From positions 3,170 to 67,169 of the forward strand of contig PBPC01000073.1 of assembly GCA_002724575.1 (NCBI GenBank): 64,000 nucleotides of DNA. The letters run 5' to 3'. Below the pieces are notes generated by a model. The model saw only the letters and a program-made list of their open reading frames with translations. It made no database searches and was not told the DNA's origin. A program made the translations under genes and the position numbers. Source of the stretch: Gemmatimonadota bacterium (GTDB lineage: Bacteria; Gemmatimonadota; Gemmatimonadetes; Longimicrobiales; Gaopeijiaceae). This document shows, in pieces, positions 9,985 through 19,640 of this stretch; within the stretch, counting starts at the first letter, position 1, and every line of letters begins with the position of its first letter.

Positions 9985-11142
9985 ATGAGACGTTCAATTC
10001 TACTGCAACTCCTTTTCCTCGTCCCCGCGACTGGAGCCCTGTCCTGTGCTCAAGATCCCCATACGGATGTAGCAATGCGGGTCTTGTCTTCAACCCCTTT
10101 AATCGACGGTCATAATGATCTCCCCTGGGCAATTCGCGGCAGTGAGATTGCCCCACACGATGTCGAAGCCGATGTCCATGACCTGAGACAAAGAACTTCG
10201 TTTCACACGGATATAGAGCGTCTCCGATCAGGTATGGTGGGAGCGCAGTTCTGGTCCGTATACATCCCGTTTGAAGCAACGGAGGAAGGTGCCGCCAAGG
10301 TGCAGCTGGAGCAGATCGATATAGCACATCAGATCATCAATAAGTATCCAGACGTGTTCGAACTTGCTTTGGACGCATCAGATATTCAAAGAGTGTTCGG
10401 AAACCAAAAAATTGCTTCTATGCTGGGTATCGAAGGTGGGCATGCCATTGAAAACTCATTGGGCGCCCTGAGGGCATTCCATCGAATGGGTGTGCGTTAT
10501 ATGACGTTAACTCATAATGGGACACTCGATTGGGCTGATGCGGCAAATGGTGAGCAGCGTCACGGTGGACTTACCTATTTCGGCCAAGAAGTGGTGCGCG
10601 AGATGAACCGCATGGGTATGCTCGTCGATCTCTCCCACACCTCACCCTCAACCATGAATGATGCTCTTGACGTTGCTGAAGCACCGGTGATTTGGTCTCA
10701 TGCATCAGCGAATGGTATCAGGGAGCACCCGAGAAATGTTCCGGATCAGGTACTTAGGCGACTTCCGGACAATGGAGGCGTAGTCATGGTGACGTTTGTG
10801 CCATCGTTCGTATCTGAGAATGATGAAGCAACACTGTCCGATGTTGCTGATCATATTGATCACGTGACCGCCACCGCAGGAATCGACCATGTCGGAGTTG
10901 GTTCGGATTTTGATGGGATTGACTCCACGCCCATAGGTCTTGAAGACGTTTCAACCTACCCGTCACTATTTGCTGAGCTCTCTCGCAGGGGTTGGACAGA
11001 GCAAGATTTACGAAAGTTAGCCGGAGAAAATCTTCTCCGTGTCATGAGGGAAGCAGAAGCGGTAGCTAGGCGCTTGCAACGTGACCGACCGCCCTCGACA
11101 GCTACAATCGAACAACTCGATGGTCCGACCAGTAATAACTGA
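9985..11142 (+). CDS. Membrane dipeptidase (peptidase family M19), exported
   Basis: Signal peptide, then PLIDGHNDLPWAIR, MLGIEGGHAIE, YMTLTHN, VDLSHTS and GVGSDFDGI, all M19 hallmarks. Confidence 0.9.
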   Translation: MRRSILLQLLFLVPATGALSCAQDPHTDVAMRVLSSTPLIDGHNDLPWAIRGSEIAPHDVEADVHDLRQRTSFHTDIERLRSGMVGAQFWSVYIPFEATEEGAAKVQLEQIDIAHQIINKYPDVFELALDASDIQRVFGNQKIASMLGIEGGHAIENSLGALRAFHRMGVRYMTLTHNGTLDWADAANGEQRHGGLTYFGQEVVREMNRMGMLVDLSHTSPSTMNDALDVAEAPVIWSHASANGIREHPRNVPDQVLRRLPDNGGVVMVTFVPSFVSENDEATLSDVADHIDHVTATAGIDHVGVGSDFDGIDSTPIGLEDVSTYPSLFAELSRRGWTEQDLRKLAGENLLRVMREAEAVARRLQRDRPPSTATIEQLDGPTSNN

Positions 11143-11212
11143 TGATTGTGAGTGACTCTGGAAGCTCTAGAGCTATATCACCCAGAACCAGAAAAATAGT
11201 CCTCAGGGGTAT

Positions 11213-12604
11213 TTAGTTACCTAGTGAGTGCTTATGGGCAAGTGCGCTTAGGCCCTCATCAATCTCGGTGCGAGGTAACCAGCGTCCACGGACCATCACC
11301 CCTATTCGGTCTGTCAGGTTACTGAGGTCCTCCAACGGATTTGACCCTAAAAGTACAAGGTCAGCGCGTTGGCCAGGAGCTATGGTGCCGAAATTACCGT
11401 CTAGCCCAAGATGGTTACTCACGTAACGCGCGACGGAGGAAGTTCCACTTCGCAGTATCTCGTAGTTGGACATTCCTGACTCGCCTACGAGCTCGAGTTC
11501 TCTGTGTAATGCGAACCCTGGTACGTTGAACATCTGAGGTGAGTCGGTTCCCATGAGAATACCTACACCGGCATCAGATAACGCCTTTAGGATCCTCTTT
11601 CTGAGGTCAAAAAACTCCTCGAGGACGTCTGGGCTGTCTCTGGGCCCTGCTGCAGCCTGTCGGCGCCAAACTTCTCGTTGAGCTGCGGATACGTACTTCA
11701 TCTCAGGTTGCATCAGGAACGCACTGGGATCGGTTATCCCATATAGGTTTTCCCACAGGTACAGGGTGGGAACGACGTACACGTCATTCTCCAAACTAAG
11801 CTGAACGATTTCATTGATCTTGCTTTCGTCTACGCTACTTACGAGCCCCTGGAGATTGATCGGGCGACCCGTGTTGATTTGGGAAACGACATCATCAGAG
11901 ACGACGGCCTGAACATACCCATCAAGGTGATCCACGGTTGATATGCCCGTTTCGATTGCGTGTACGAGACCAACATCTGCCGGGACGTGTCCTCCAAAGG
12001 TTAGGTCGATTTCTTTTGAAATACTCGCCATGTGGTCCCAGACTTCTATCGGAACGCCAGGATGGATCTTCTGGAGATGATATCCCGCACTCTTATGCTC
12101 ACGGACCAGACGTTCAGCGGATGCCATATCCGCAGCACTAGTTCGGCTCAGAGAGGGTGCTGCAACGTAAAAAGTCGGCCCTAAGACATCTCCTCGCTCA
12201 ATCTCCTGGGCTAAGGGAATCTGATAATCTGAGCCGAGCATGCCACGGATCGTTGTCACTCCGTTCGCAATGTAAAGGAATAGAATATCCTCAACTTGAT
12301 CTCGTGGAGGGCTGTCACCTGGCGGCACATGCGCGTGCATCTCTGCGAGCCCCGGCATTAGGTACATGCCTGTAGCGTCGATCACGGTTGCACCACCTAC
12401 AGGTTGGATTTCTTGGAACGAACCTATTTCGTGGATCATATCTTCTATGATGACAACCGTCTGACCCGAAAGCACAGCCTCGTTCTCCATTGAAAGGACG
12501 TTCACATCCCTGAAGACCATTGCCTCTCTCGGGTTGGTGTCCTGAGATGTGCAACCCAAGAGAACGAGGATTACCATTGGCAAGTGGTATGCGAACCTCT
12601 CCAT
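11213..12604 (-). CDS. Amidohydrolase-family metallo-hydrolase, lipoprotein
   Basis: MERFAYHLPMVILVLLGCTSQ contains a lipobox. MPGLAEMHAHVP is the HxH metal motif, and the C-terminal ...GTIAPGQRADLVLL is typical of amidohydrolases. GGAGGA lies 7 nt before the ATG at 12604. Confidence 0.8.
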   Translation of the reverse strand: MERFAYHLPMVILVLLGCTSQDTNPREAMVFRDVNVLSMENEAVLSGQTVVIIEDMIHEIGSFQEIQPVGGATVIDATGMYLMPGLAEMHAHVPPGDSPPRDQVEDILFLYIANGVTTIRGMLGSDYQIPLAQEIERGDVLGPTFYVAAPSLSRTSAADMASAERLVREHKSAGYHLQKIHPGVPIEVWDHMASISKEIDLTFGGHVPADVGLVHAIETGISTVDHLDGYVQAVVSDDVVSQINTGRPINLQGLVSSVDESKINEIVQLSLENDVYVVPTLYLWENLYGITDPSAFLMQPEMKYVSAAQREVWRRQAAAGPRDSPDVLEEFFDLRKRILKALSDAGVGILMGTDSPQMFNVPGFALHRELELVGESGMSNYEILRSGTSSVARYVSNHLGLDGNFGTIAPGQRADLVLLGSNPLEDLSNLTDRIGVMVRGRWLPRTEIDEGLSALAHKHSLGN

Positions 12605-12766
12605 CAACTAATCCTCCAGCAGATCTTCAAGCGTGTCCGAATCCCAAACATGCGGATAACTTTAGTCGCTGGATCTGATTCAACCAGCTTTACCACACCG
12701 TGTATTTTTCGCGCCCGACTTGGCTATCGTAAGGGTATGTGAAAAATCCTCATCCAATGAGTCTGG

Positions 12767-14212
12767 ATGCTACTCCGACGCTTTTACGAAGATAAACTGG
12801 CTCAGGCCAGCTATATGATCGGTTGCCAAGCTACTGGTATGGCTCTGGTGGTTGATCCGCACCGTGACTCAGAGGTCTATCTCCGAGCAGCAGCAGAGGA
12901 AGGTTTGGTAATCACTTATGTGTCAGAGACACATATTCACGCAGACTATTTATCTGGTGCGCGCCAACTAGCGAGGAGGTCGGACGCCACGCTTCTGCTC
13001 TCTGGGGAAGGCGGAGAAGAGTGGCAGTACGGTTTTATCAAGGAAGAGCATACACAAGCTGTTTACGATCGTGATGAAATTGGATTAGGGAATGTTGGTA
13101 TAGAGATACTCCATACCCCGGGTCACACCCCAGAACACATCTCTTTCATGATTACAGATCGAGCTGCTTCACCAGAGCCGCTGGGCGTGCTGACAGGAGA
13201 TTTCATCTTTGTAGGGGATGTTGGCCGTCCTGACCTTCTAGAGAAAGTTGCTGGAGTATCTGACTCGATGGTGGCTAGTGCTTGCTTGCTTTTCGAGTCT
13301 CTCTCCCGATTCCGACACTTCCCGGAGCACCTTCAGATTTTGCCCGGGCATGGCGCTGGATCAGCCTGCGGCAAAGCGCTTGGCTCTGTTCCTTCATCTA
13401 CTCTTGGGTATGAGAAACTGGCGAACTGGGCATTCCGGTGTGAAACCGAAGAAGAGTTTGTGGGCATGGTGCTTGAGGGTCAGCCTGAATCCCCCACCTA
13501 CTTTGAGAAAATGAAAGAAGTGAACAGGGATGGGCCTCCTATCGTTGATCGTTTGCCTATGCTAGAGCTTTTAGAGCCCAGAGCACTTCATGAGGCGCTA
13601 TTGTCGGATCACGCTATCGTCGTCGACATCCGGAAGGCTTCGGCTTTCAGAGCCGGTCATTTGCCTGGAACGATCAGTATACCTCTTGGTAAGGACTTCC
13701 CAACCTGGTCTGGCTGGCTTCTTCCGTATGACCGACCGATCTATTTCATAGCAGAGAGCAGTAATGCAACTAATGAGGCAGCGCGGGATCTCGCATTGGT
13801 TGGGATCGATAACCTCAAGGGGTTCTTCGATGCCAAAGCTCTAAAATTGTGGAGTGAGGAGTCCGGCAACCTGGAGAGGACCACCAGTGTTAACTGGGAT
13901 GAAGCGGAACGGGCTGTTACAGAAGAAAAAGCCTTTATCGTGGACGTACGAGGACTATCGGAGTGGAACGAGGGTTATGTTCCTGGAGCCAAACACCTAC
14001 ATCTTGGCCACCTTCACACCGCTGACCTATCGGGACTCCCGCGTGGATGTCCTTTGTTACTGTACTGCCGTTCGGGCTATAGGTCAGGTATTGGTACTAG
14101 CATTCTGGAAGCGGCAGGCTTCGATGATGTTCGTAACATAGACGGTGGAATTCTGGATCGTATGAAGAGGGGTCTGCCAATCGAACAAGGAGTTTCGCCA
14201 GATAGGGAATAG
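12767..14212 (+). CDS. MBL-fold hydrolase fused to two rhodanese domains (persulfide-dioxygenase/sulfurtransferase-type fusion)
   Basis: MLLRRFYEDKLAQASYMIGC, ETHIHADYLSG (HxHxDH-type motif) and HTPGHTPEH. The C-terminal rhodanese domain carries the active-site loop CRSGYRSG. Confidence 0.85.
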   Translation: MLLRRFYEDKLAQASYMIGCQATGMALVVDPHRDSEVYLRAAAEEGLVITYVSETHIHADYLSGARQLARRSDATLLLSGEGGEEWQYGFIKEEHTQAVYDRDEIGLGNVGIEILHTPGHTPEHISFMITDRAASPEPLGVLTGDFIFVGDVGRPDLLEKVAGVSDSMVASACLLFESLSRFRHFPEHLQILPGHGAGSACGKALGSVPSSTLGYEKLANWAFRCETEEEFVGMVLEGQPESPTYFEKMKEVNRDGPPIVDRLPMLELLEPRALHEALLSDHAIVVDIRKASAFRAGHLPGTISIPLGKDFPTWSGWLLPYDRPIYFIAESSNATNEAARDLALVGIDNLKGFFDAKALKLWSEESGNLERTTSVNWDEAERAVTEEKAFIVDVRGLSEWNEGYVPGAKHLHLGHLHTADLSGLPRGCPLLLYCRSGYRSGIGTSILEAAGFDDVRNIDGGILDRMKRGLPIEQGVSPDRE

Positions 14213-14279
14213 GAGCTTTAGTGAGGTCTGTCTGGTGTAAGTACAGCAGAATGCTTTGGGCTGCTTTACGATGAAGTGT

Positions 14280-15383
14280 CTAGACCAACCCGAATATCCG
14301 TTCGATAGCGCGAAGAAAGACCATTACTTCCTGCACCGCATGAAAGGGCGAAGGAAATCTGTCCTGTGTTGAGTGTCCAAAGAGCCTTGTAATGGTTATG
14401 TACGAGTGGCTCTGAGTAGGGAGTGTATCCTTGATTCTCAGCCCTTCAGTGAATGGGATAAGGTTATCGTTGCGTCCATGAAGCACGTGTAGCGGGCAAC
14501 TGATCTCCCCTAATGCCTTGAAGGGCTGGATCTTAGGCTCAGCACTGATTGCTGCTTTGGCCAGCTTATGTCCAAGGTCTTCCGCATATGCCAAATCTGG
14601 TTGGACTCCTGAGAGGGGTGCAAAAAAATCGAACAAGGATTGTCTATCTGGGTTTATCTTCTCACGCTCCTTCGCTTTAGCAGAGTCATAGCATGGATCA
14701 CGAGCATCCACGCCCGGCGATTCACCAGATATAGCTGCCAGGCGACGAAGTCCGTCGGCAATGTCGCTTGCTTCCTCGTACCCTGGAATGTCAGTCAGGT
14801 AGTTGGCGGCAACAATCCAAGGTCCATAGGGGTCAGGCATTAGCTTATAAGACTTTCCTTGGTACTCGTGCCGGCCAGTGAACATAAAAGTGATGGTACG
14901 TTCGAGGTCGCAGTAACCTCCGAATCCAACGGCTCCAGCGATATCCGCACGCACTTCGTCAGCTGCCGCTAGCGCGAGTGCGTGAGGAGCGCTGAATGAG
15001 AATCCGATAAGACCGTAGGGCCCATTCTGTACCATTGGATTCTCTTGCAGTGCTTTGATTGAACACTGGACTGTTGGTAAAGCCAACTGAGGTTTCAGGT
15101 TTAGCTCTCGCCACTCAGGCACCTCAGGTATGATCACAACCATTCCAGTGGCTGCTACCGTTCTAGTGAATCGAACCAGTTGTGGATGGGCACGCCCTGT
15201 GCGCGTGATCCCGTGGAGAATAACCCACCCCGGCAGTGGAGAATTTATACCCGCTGGCTTGACGATTGTGGCTGGTATACGGATTCCATTGCGGTCTAAA
15301 GTCGTTTCTTCTTCTACGACATCAGCATGTCCGGTTAGCCAACTCCGGACGTAGTGCGCAGTACGGGTCAGTTGAAGTGCCAT
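14280..15383 (-). CDS. Alpha/beta-fold hydrolase (function unknown)
   Basis: WVILHG (oxyanion HG), a nucleophile elbow-like IGFSFSAP, then LHGRNDNLIP (Asp) and FGHS (His), in the correct order for the fold. Confidence 0.65.
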   Translation of the reverse strand: MALQLTRTAHYVRSWLTGHADVVEEETTLDRNGIRIPATIVKPAGINSPLPGWVILHGITRTGRAHPQLVRFTRTVAATGMVVIIPEVPEWRELNLKPQLALPTVQCSIKALQENPMVQNGPYGLIGFSFSAPHALALAAADEVRADIAGAVGFGGYCDLERTITFMFTGRHEYQGKSYKLMPDPYGPWIVAANYLTDIPGYEEASDIADGLRRLAAISGESPGVDARDPCYDSAKAKEREKINPDRQSLFDFFAPLSGVQPDLAYAEDLGHKLAKAAISAEPKIQPFKALGEISCPLHVLHGRNDNLIPFTEGLRIKDTLPTQSHSYITITRLFGHSTQDRFPSPFHAVQEVMVFLRAIERIFGLV

Positions 15384-15550
15384 CGCGCGAACCTATTCAG
15401 AACTGATGGTCCATCGCCACCCAACAAATGAAATAGCTAACAACAGACGATATGAGACGATGTTTAAAAATCCCTTAGGTTCTGCTTGCTCGGAATGCAT
15501 CTGTCGAGCATCATCGCTTGCAATAAAACCGGTCTAATAAGGAGGATCTC

Positions 15551-15991
15551 GTGAAGCGTTCAATGTTGTTATTAGGTTTGTCAGTGATGTGGGTCACATT
15601 TCCAGTTGCGGCCCAGCAGGGGCCTCGAATTGCGCATCAGTCAACCGAGGGCAGGCCCTTTAGCCCGGCGATCCAGGTTGACAAGACGTATTGGCTTTCA
15701 GGTAAACTAGGGGCAACGAGTCAAACGCGTGAAATGAACGAAGGTCGCACCGCGGCGGAGACACATAATATCATGAGATCATTCCAGGAGCTCTTGGGCG
15801 AACTCGGTATGGATCTTAGTAATATTGTTAGTGCCACAGTATACCTAACCGACATTGCTGATTTTTCGGAAATGAATGCGGCGTACACGCAATACTTTCC
15901 CAGAGAAGCTCCGGCTCGCGTTACTGTAGCGGTCGCTGGTCTAGTTGGTGGTGCCAAGCTCGAGATCAGCTTTATAGCTGTGGAAGACTAG
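15551..15991 (+). CDS. RidA/YjgF/L-PSP family protein with an N-terminal signal peptide
   Basis: MKRSMLLLGLSVMWVTFPVAAQQ is a signal peptide. ATVYLTDIADFSEMNAAYTQYFP...PARVTVAVAGLVGGAKLEI is the RidA core. GGAGGA precedes the GTG start. Confidence 0.85.
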   Translation: MKRSMLLLGLSVMWVTFPVAAQQGPRIAHQSTEGRPFSPAIQVDKTYWLSGKLGATSQTREMNEGRTAAETHNIMRSFQELLGELGMDLSNIVSATVYLTDIADFSEMNAAYTQYFPREAPARVTVAVAGLVGGAKLEISFIAVED

Positions 15992-16003
15992 TCAGCTGAG
16001 CTG

Positions 16004-18256
16004 TTGCCTGAACGGGTATGCAGTTCTCATAACCAAAACGGTGATATGACTGAAGTTGATATAGACCCAACAGAGCAGGGGTACCACCCACCATATTTAG
16101 CTGCAATCCTTGCAGCATGCGGTGTCCTGGTATTGTACGTATTAACTTTGGCACCGACGACAGCTTTTTGGGATACGAGTGAATACATAGCTACTGCGCA
16201 TATCCTCGGTATTCCTCACCCTCCTGGAAATCCTCTCTTTGTCGTTTTGGGGAAAGCTTGGAGTATCCTGCTTGCTCCGCTTGGTCTCTCCATTGCTGTT
16301 CGTATCAACTTGCTAGCAGCGTTCACGAGTGCGCTGGCTTCAGGCTTTCTATACCTGGTGGCCCATAGAGTATTAAGTGAGCTGTTCGAAGATAGGTGGT
16401 GCGCTATAGTTGGTGCCGCTGCCTCCACTATTTTGGGAGCCACAGCGTTCACGGTTTGGAACCAGTCAAATGTGAACGAAAAGGTTTACACGATAAGTGT
16501 ACTAGTCATCGCCTGGGTGACTTGGCTCGCGATCCTTTGGAATGACAGGAAAGATGATCTCGGTAGTGAGCGGTATCTACTGGGGATGATTTTCCTGTTG
16601 AGTTTGGGATCAACCAACCACCTCATGTCCGTTTTACCCGCTCCCGCGATAACGCTGTTGATCCTTCTTACGGCTCCAACAACGCTGCTTCGTCATTCTT
16701 TTATCATTCGAGCGGTACCACTCATACTGATTGGACTCTCTTTCAACTTTGTGCTTCCTATCAGAGCTGGATTAGATCCGGTAATTAACGAAGGTGACCC
16801 CACCTGCGAATCCGTTATCGGAGCAGCACAGGCGATATATTCCAATGGAATGGTCGGATGCCCGATGCTCGCCGATAATCTCACCCGAAGGCAGTACCAG
16901 CCTCCACCCGTTACCCAGAGAAAAGCTCCTTTCCGTGCGCAGTTTGCTATGTACATGCAGTATTTTGACTGGCAATGGTCTCGGGGTTGGGACCCGTCCC
17001 CCTTACCTGGCACGGGCAGAACTGCATTTAGCCTAATATTTGGGCTTCTAGGCCTGCTCGGACTCTACTCAATCTTCCGTGTCGACCGGAGTATGTTTAC
17101 GTACATTCTTACTCTGATCGTAACGCTCTCATTTGGGCTCATCATCTACTTGAATTTCCGGTACGGATATTCTCTCGCACCCGAAATTACTGATCGAGCT
17201 CAACATGAAGTGAGAGAGCGAGATTACTTCTATGTAGTCAGTTTCATGCTATGGGGTTTTCTCGCAGGCATAGGTCTGTCTTGGATATGGTACAGATTTG
17301 GGCAGCTCGTTAGGAATGCTCGGCCCTATGTTATTACAGCGCCTATCATGATGGTGGCGCTACTGCCACTTTTCCTGAATTGGAGTTGGGCCTCACGTGC
17401 AGGTGACTACGCAGCTCGTGATTGGGCATATGATCTCCTCATGAGTGTTGAGCCCTACGGCATCCTCTTCACGAATGGTGATAACGACACATTCCCACTC
17501 TGGTACCTTCAGGAGGTGGAAGGGATTCGCAGCGATGTAACAGTGATTGTGGGTCAGTATCTTTTCACTTCATGGTACCCGAAGCAGTTACAGGAACTCA
17601 CAACGCCAGAACGTCAGCGAATCTTTGATTCGGAAATTTCACCAGGATTGTTCAGTGGGTATGAGAAGCCAAATGAAACGATACTGGATCTAACACATGA
17701 GCAAATGGACCAGGTTGGAGCCAGCCGTCTTAGTGAGAATCTGACGATCCCATTTCCTAGTATGGCTGTAACATACCCGGCCGAGACAGTCCTTAACCGA
17801 GGGCATCAACTGGCTTTGTCGATTATTCATGACTCTATCGATGAGCGACCGATATTTTTTGCTTCTTCTGGTGGGTTGATGAGTGAACTTGGCTTAGATA
17901 GATGGGCTGTCCGCCATGGCCTGGCAGTCAAGCTTGAGATGCGCTCTTTAACTGCGTCTGCCCCGGAGGGATGGGTACAAGGCACTGCAGAGTTCGGAGG
18001 CGTCTGGTTCGATCTTGATCAGTCACTGAGGCTTTACGATACGGTCTACCAGTACCGAGGTATCAAAAATCGAAGCATCTGGCAGGATCGGTCTACATTG
18101 AATATTCCCTGGCAATACTATGCTCTGGCACTTCAACTTTCTGATGTTGCCAGGAATGCTAACTTGCCGGATGAGGTGGCCCGACGCTTGGAAAGCGATG
18201 CCGAAGCCTTCCAAATTGTGGCAGAGGGTGGGGTGAATGGGACACCGGTACAGTGA
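16004..18256 (+). CDS. DUF2723/TMEM260-like polytopic membrane protein (PMT/ArnT-like glycosyltransferase fold)
   Basis: VLTLAPTTAFWDTSEYIATAHILGIPHPPGNPLFVVLGKAW is the signature DUF2723 N-terminus. There are many TM helices and a soluble C-terminal domain. The true start may be the ATG at 16046. Confidence 0.8.
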   Translation: MPERVCSSHNQNGDMTEVDIDPTEQGYHPPYLAAILAACGVLVLYVLTLAPTTAFWDTSEYIATAHILGIPHPPGNPLFVVLGKAWSILLAPLGLSIAVRINLLAAFTSALASGFLYLVAHRVLSELFEDRWCAIVGAAASTILGATAFTVWNQSNVNEKVYTISVLVIAWVTWLAILWNDRKDDLGSERYLLGMIFLLSLGSTNHLMSVLPAPAITLLILLTAPTTLLRHSFIIRAVPLILIGLSFNFVLPIRAGLDPVINEGDPTCESVIGAAQAIYSNGMVGCPMLADNLTRRQYQPPPVTQRKAPFRAQFAMYMQYFDWQWSRGWDPSPLPGTGRTAFSLIFGLLGLLGLYSIFRVDRSMFTYILTLIVTLSFGLIIYLNFRYGYSLAPEITDRAQHEVRERDYFYVVSFMLWGFLAGIGLSWIWYRFGQLVRNARPYVITAPIMMVALLPLFLNWSWASRAGDYAARDWAYDLLMSVEPYGILFTNGDNDTFPLWYLQEVEGIRSDVTVIVGQYLFTSWYPKQLQELTTPERQRIFDSEISPGLFSGYEKPNETILDLTHEQMDQVGASRLSENLTIPFPSMAVTYPAETVLNRGHQLALSIIHDSIDERPIFFASSGGLMSELGLDRWAVRHGLAVKLEMRSLTASAPEGWVQGTAEFGGVWFDLDQSLRLYDTVYQYRGIKNRSIWQDRSTLNIPWQYYALALQLSDVARNANLPDEVARRLESDAEAFQIVAEGGVNGTPVQ

Positions 18257-18299
18257 CAAACATGATTCGTACTAGAGGGAACTCCACTCCAGGCAGCGG

Positions 18300-19481
18300 G
18301 TGCCAACCAGCATGATGGAACCGAAGTTAACCCGCGGCGAACTGCACCGGTACGCTCGCCATATAGCTCTGCCGGAGGTGGGCCTCGACGGGCAGGCACG
18401 CCTCAAATCTGGACGTGTCCTATGTGTGGGCGCAGGTGGCTTGGGCTCTCCGCTCACTTTATACCTTGCTGCTGCTGGGGTTGGAACTCTTGGCATCGTT
18501 GACTGCGATTCCGTCGATATGAGTAATCTCCAACGCCAAATTCTCTATGGAACTGATGATGTCGGACGATCTAAGCTCGACAGTGCAGAAGATAGACTGC
18601 GCGAAGTGAATCCATTCGTCGAGATTACAAAGCATGAAACCCGGCTCTCCTCTGAGAATGCACTCGATGTCTTGCAAGGCTACGACGTCGTTATTGATGG
18701 AACAGACAACTTTCCCACACGATATCTCGTCAACGATGCGTGCGTCCTTACAGGAACTCCTAATATCTATGGCTCAGTTTTCCGTTGGGAAGGACAGATC
18801 TCGGTTTTCGCTACTGAGAGTGGCCCATGCTATCGCTGTCTTTTTCGTGAACCGCCACCGCCAGGTCTGGTACCCAATTGTGCTGAGGGGGGAGTGCTCG
18901 GAGTCTTACCAGGTATCATCGGGTCAATGCAGGCAATGGAGACTGTCAAGCTGCTGTTAGGGGTTGGAGATACTCTGGAGGGCAGGCTCCTTATCTTCGA
19001 TGCCCTTGAGATGAGTTGGCGTGAAGTACGACTCAGAAAAAACCCTGATTGCCCAGTGTGTTCAGATCAGCCAACCCAAAGAGAACTTATTGACTACGAA
19101 GTATTTTGCGGATTGAGCAGCGGGGAAGTGTCTTCAGAGAAAGGAGAAGAGGAAACTGTTGAGGAGATTGAGCCAGAGGCTCTTGAAGAACTTATTGGAT
19201 CTACTGAACCTCTGTCTCTAATTGATGTTCGCGATCCATGGGAGTGGGCAGTGAGTAGTCTGGCCGATCAAGGTGCCCGGCTTATACCAGTCGAAGAGGT
19301 AGACAGCCGTATCTCGGAAATTCCCCGAGATATGACCATTGTGGTATACTGTCGAAGTGGGAAACGGGGACTTGTCGCGGCTCATTTGCTTAAGAATGCA
19401 GGATATAGGAGGGTATTCAACCTGAGTGGCGGTATCCTTGGCTGGGCAGAGTCAGTGGAACCAGGCCTTCCTGTAGTTTGA
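18300..19481 (+). CDS. ThiF/MoeB-family adenylyltransferase with a C-terminal rhodanese domain (MoeZ-type)
   Basis: RYARHIALPEVGLDGQARLKSGRVLCVGAGGLGSPLTLYLAAAGVG, two CxxC motifs (CYRC, CPVC), and a rhodanese loop CRSGKRG. The start may be the ATG at 18312. Confidence 0.88.
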   Translation: MPTSMMEPKLTRGELHRYARHIALPEVGLDGQARLKSGRVLCVGAGGLGSPLTLYLAAAGVGTLGIVDCDSVDMSNLQRQILYGTDDVGRSKLDSAEDRLREVNPFVEITKHETRLSSENALDVLQGYDVVIDGTDNFPTRYLVNDACVLTGTPNIYGSVFRWEGQISVFATESGPCYRCLFREPPPPGLVPNCAEGGVLGVLPGIIGSMQAMETVKLLLGVGDTLEGRLLIFDALEMSWREVRLRKNPDCPVCSDQPTQRELIDYEVFCGLSSGEVSSEKGEEETVEEIEPEALEELIGSTEPLSLIDVRDPWEWAVSSLADQGARLIPVEEVDSRISEIPRDMTIVVYCRSGKRGLVAAHLLKNAGYRRVFNLSGGILGWAESVEPGLPVV

Positions 19482-19640
19482 GTAAGAGTGATTCAACTGA
19501 CCTTCATCTGCGGGCTTCGCTCTTATGGTTCATAGTTTACTCGTCATCAGCATCAGGTCCGATCCCAGTTCTTACTTGCTGTAATCTCGGGATGTGAGAC
19601 TAGTTATAGATGCTCCTATCACATGCAATGGGAACAATGA

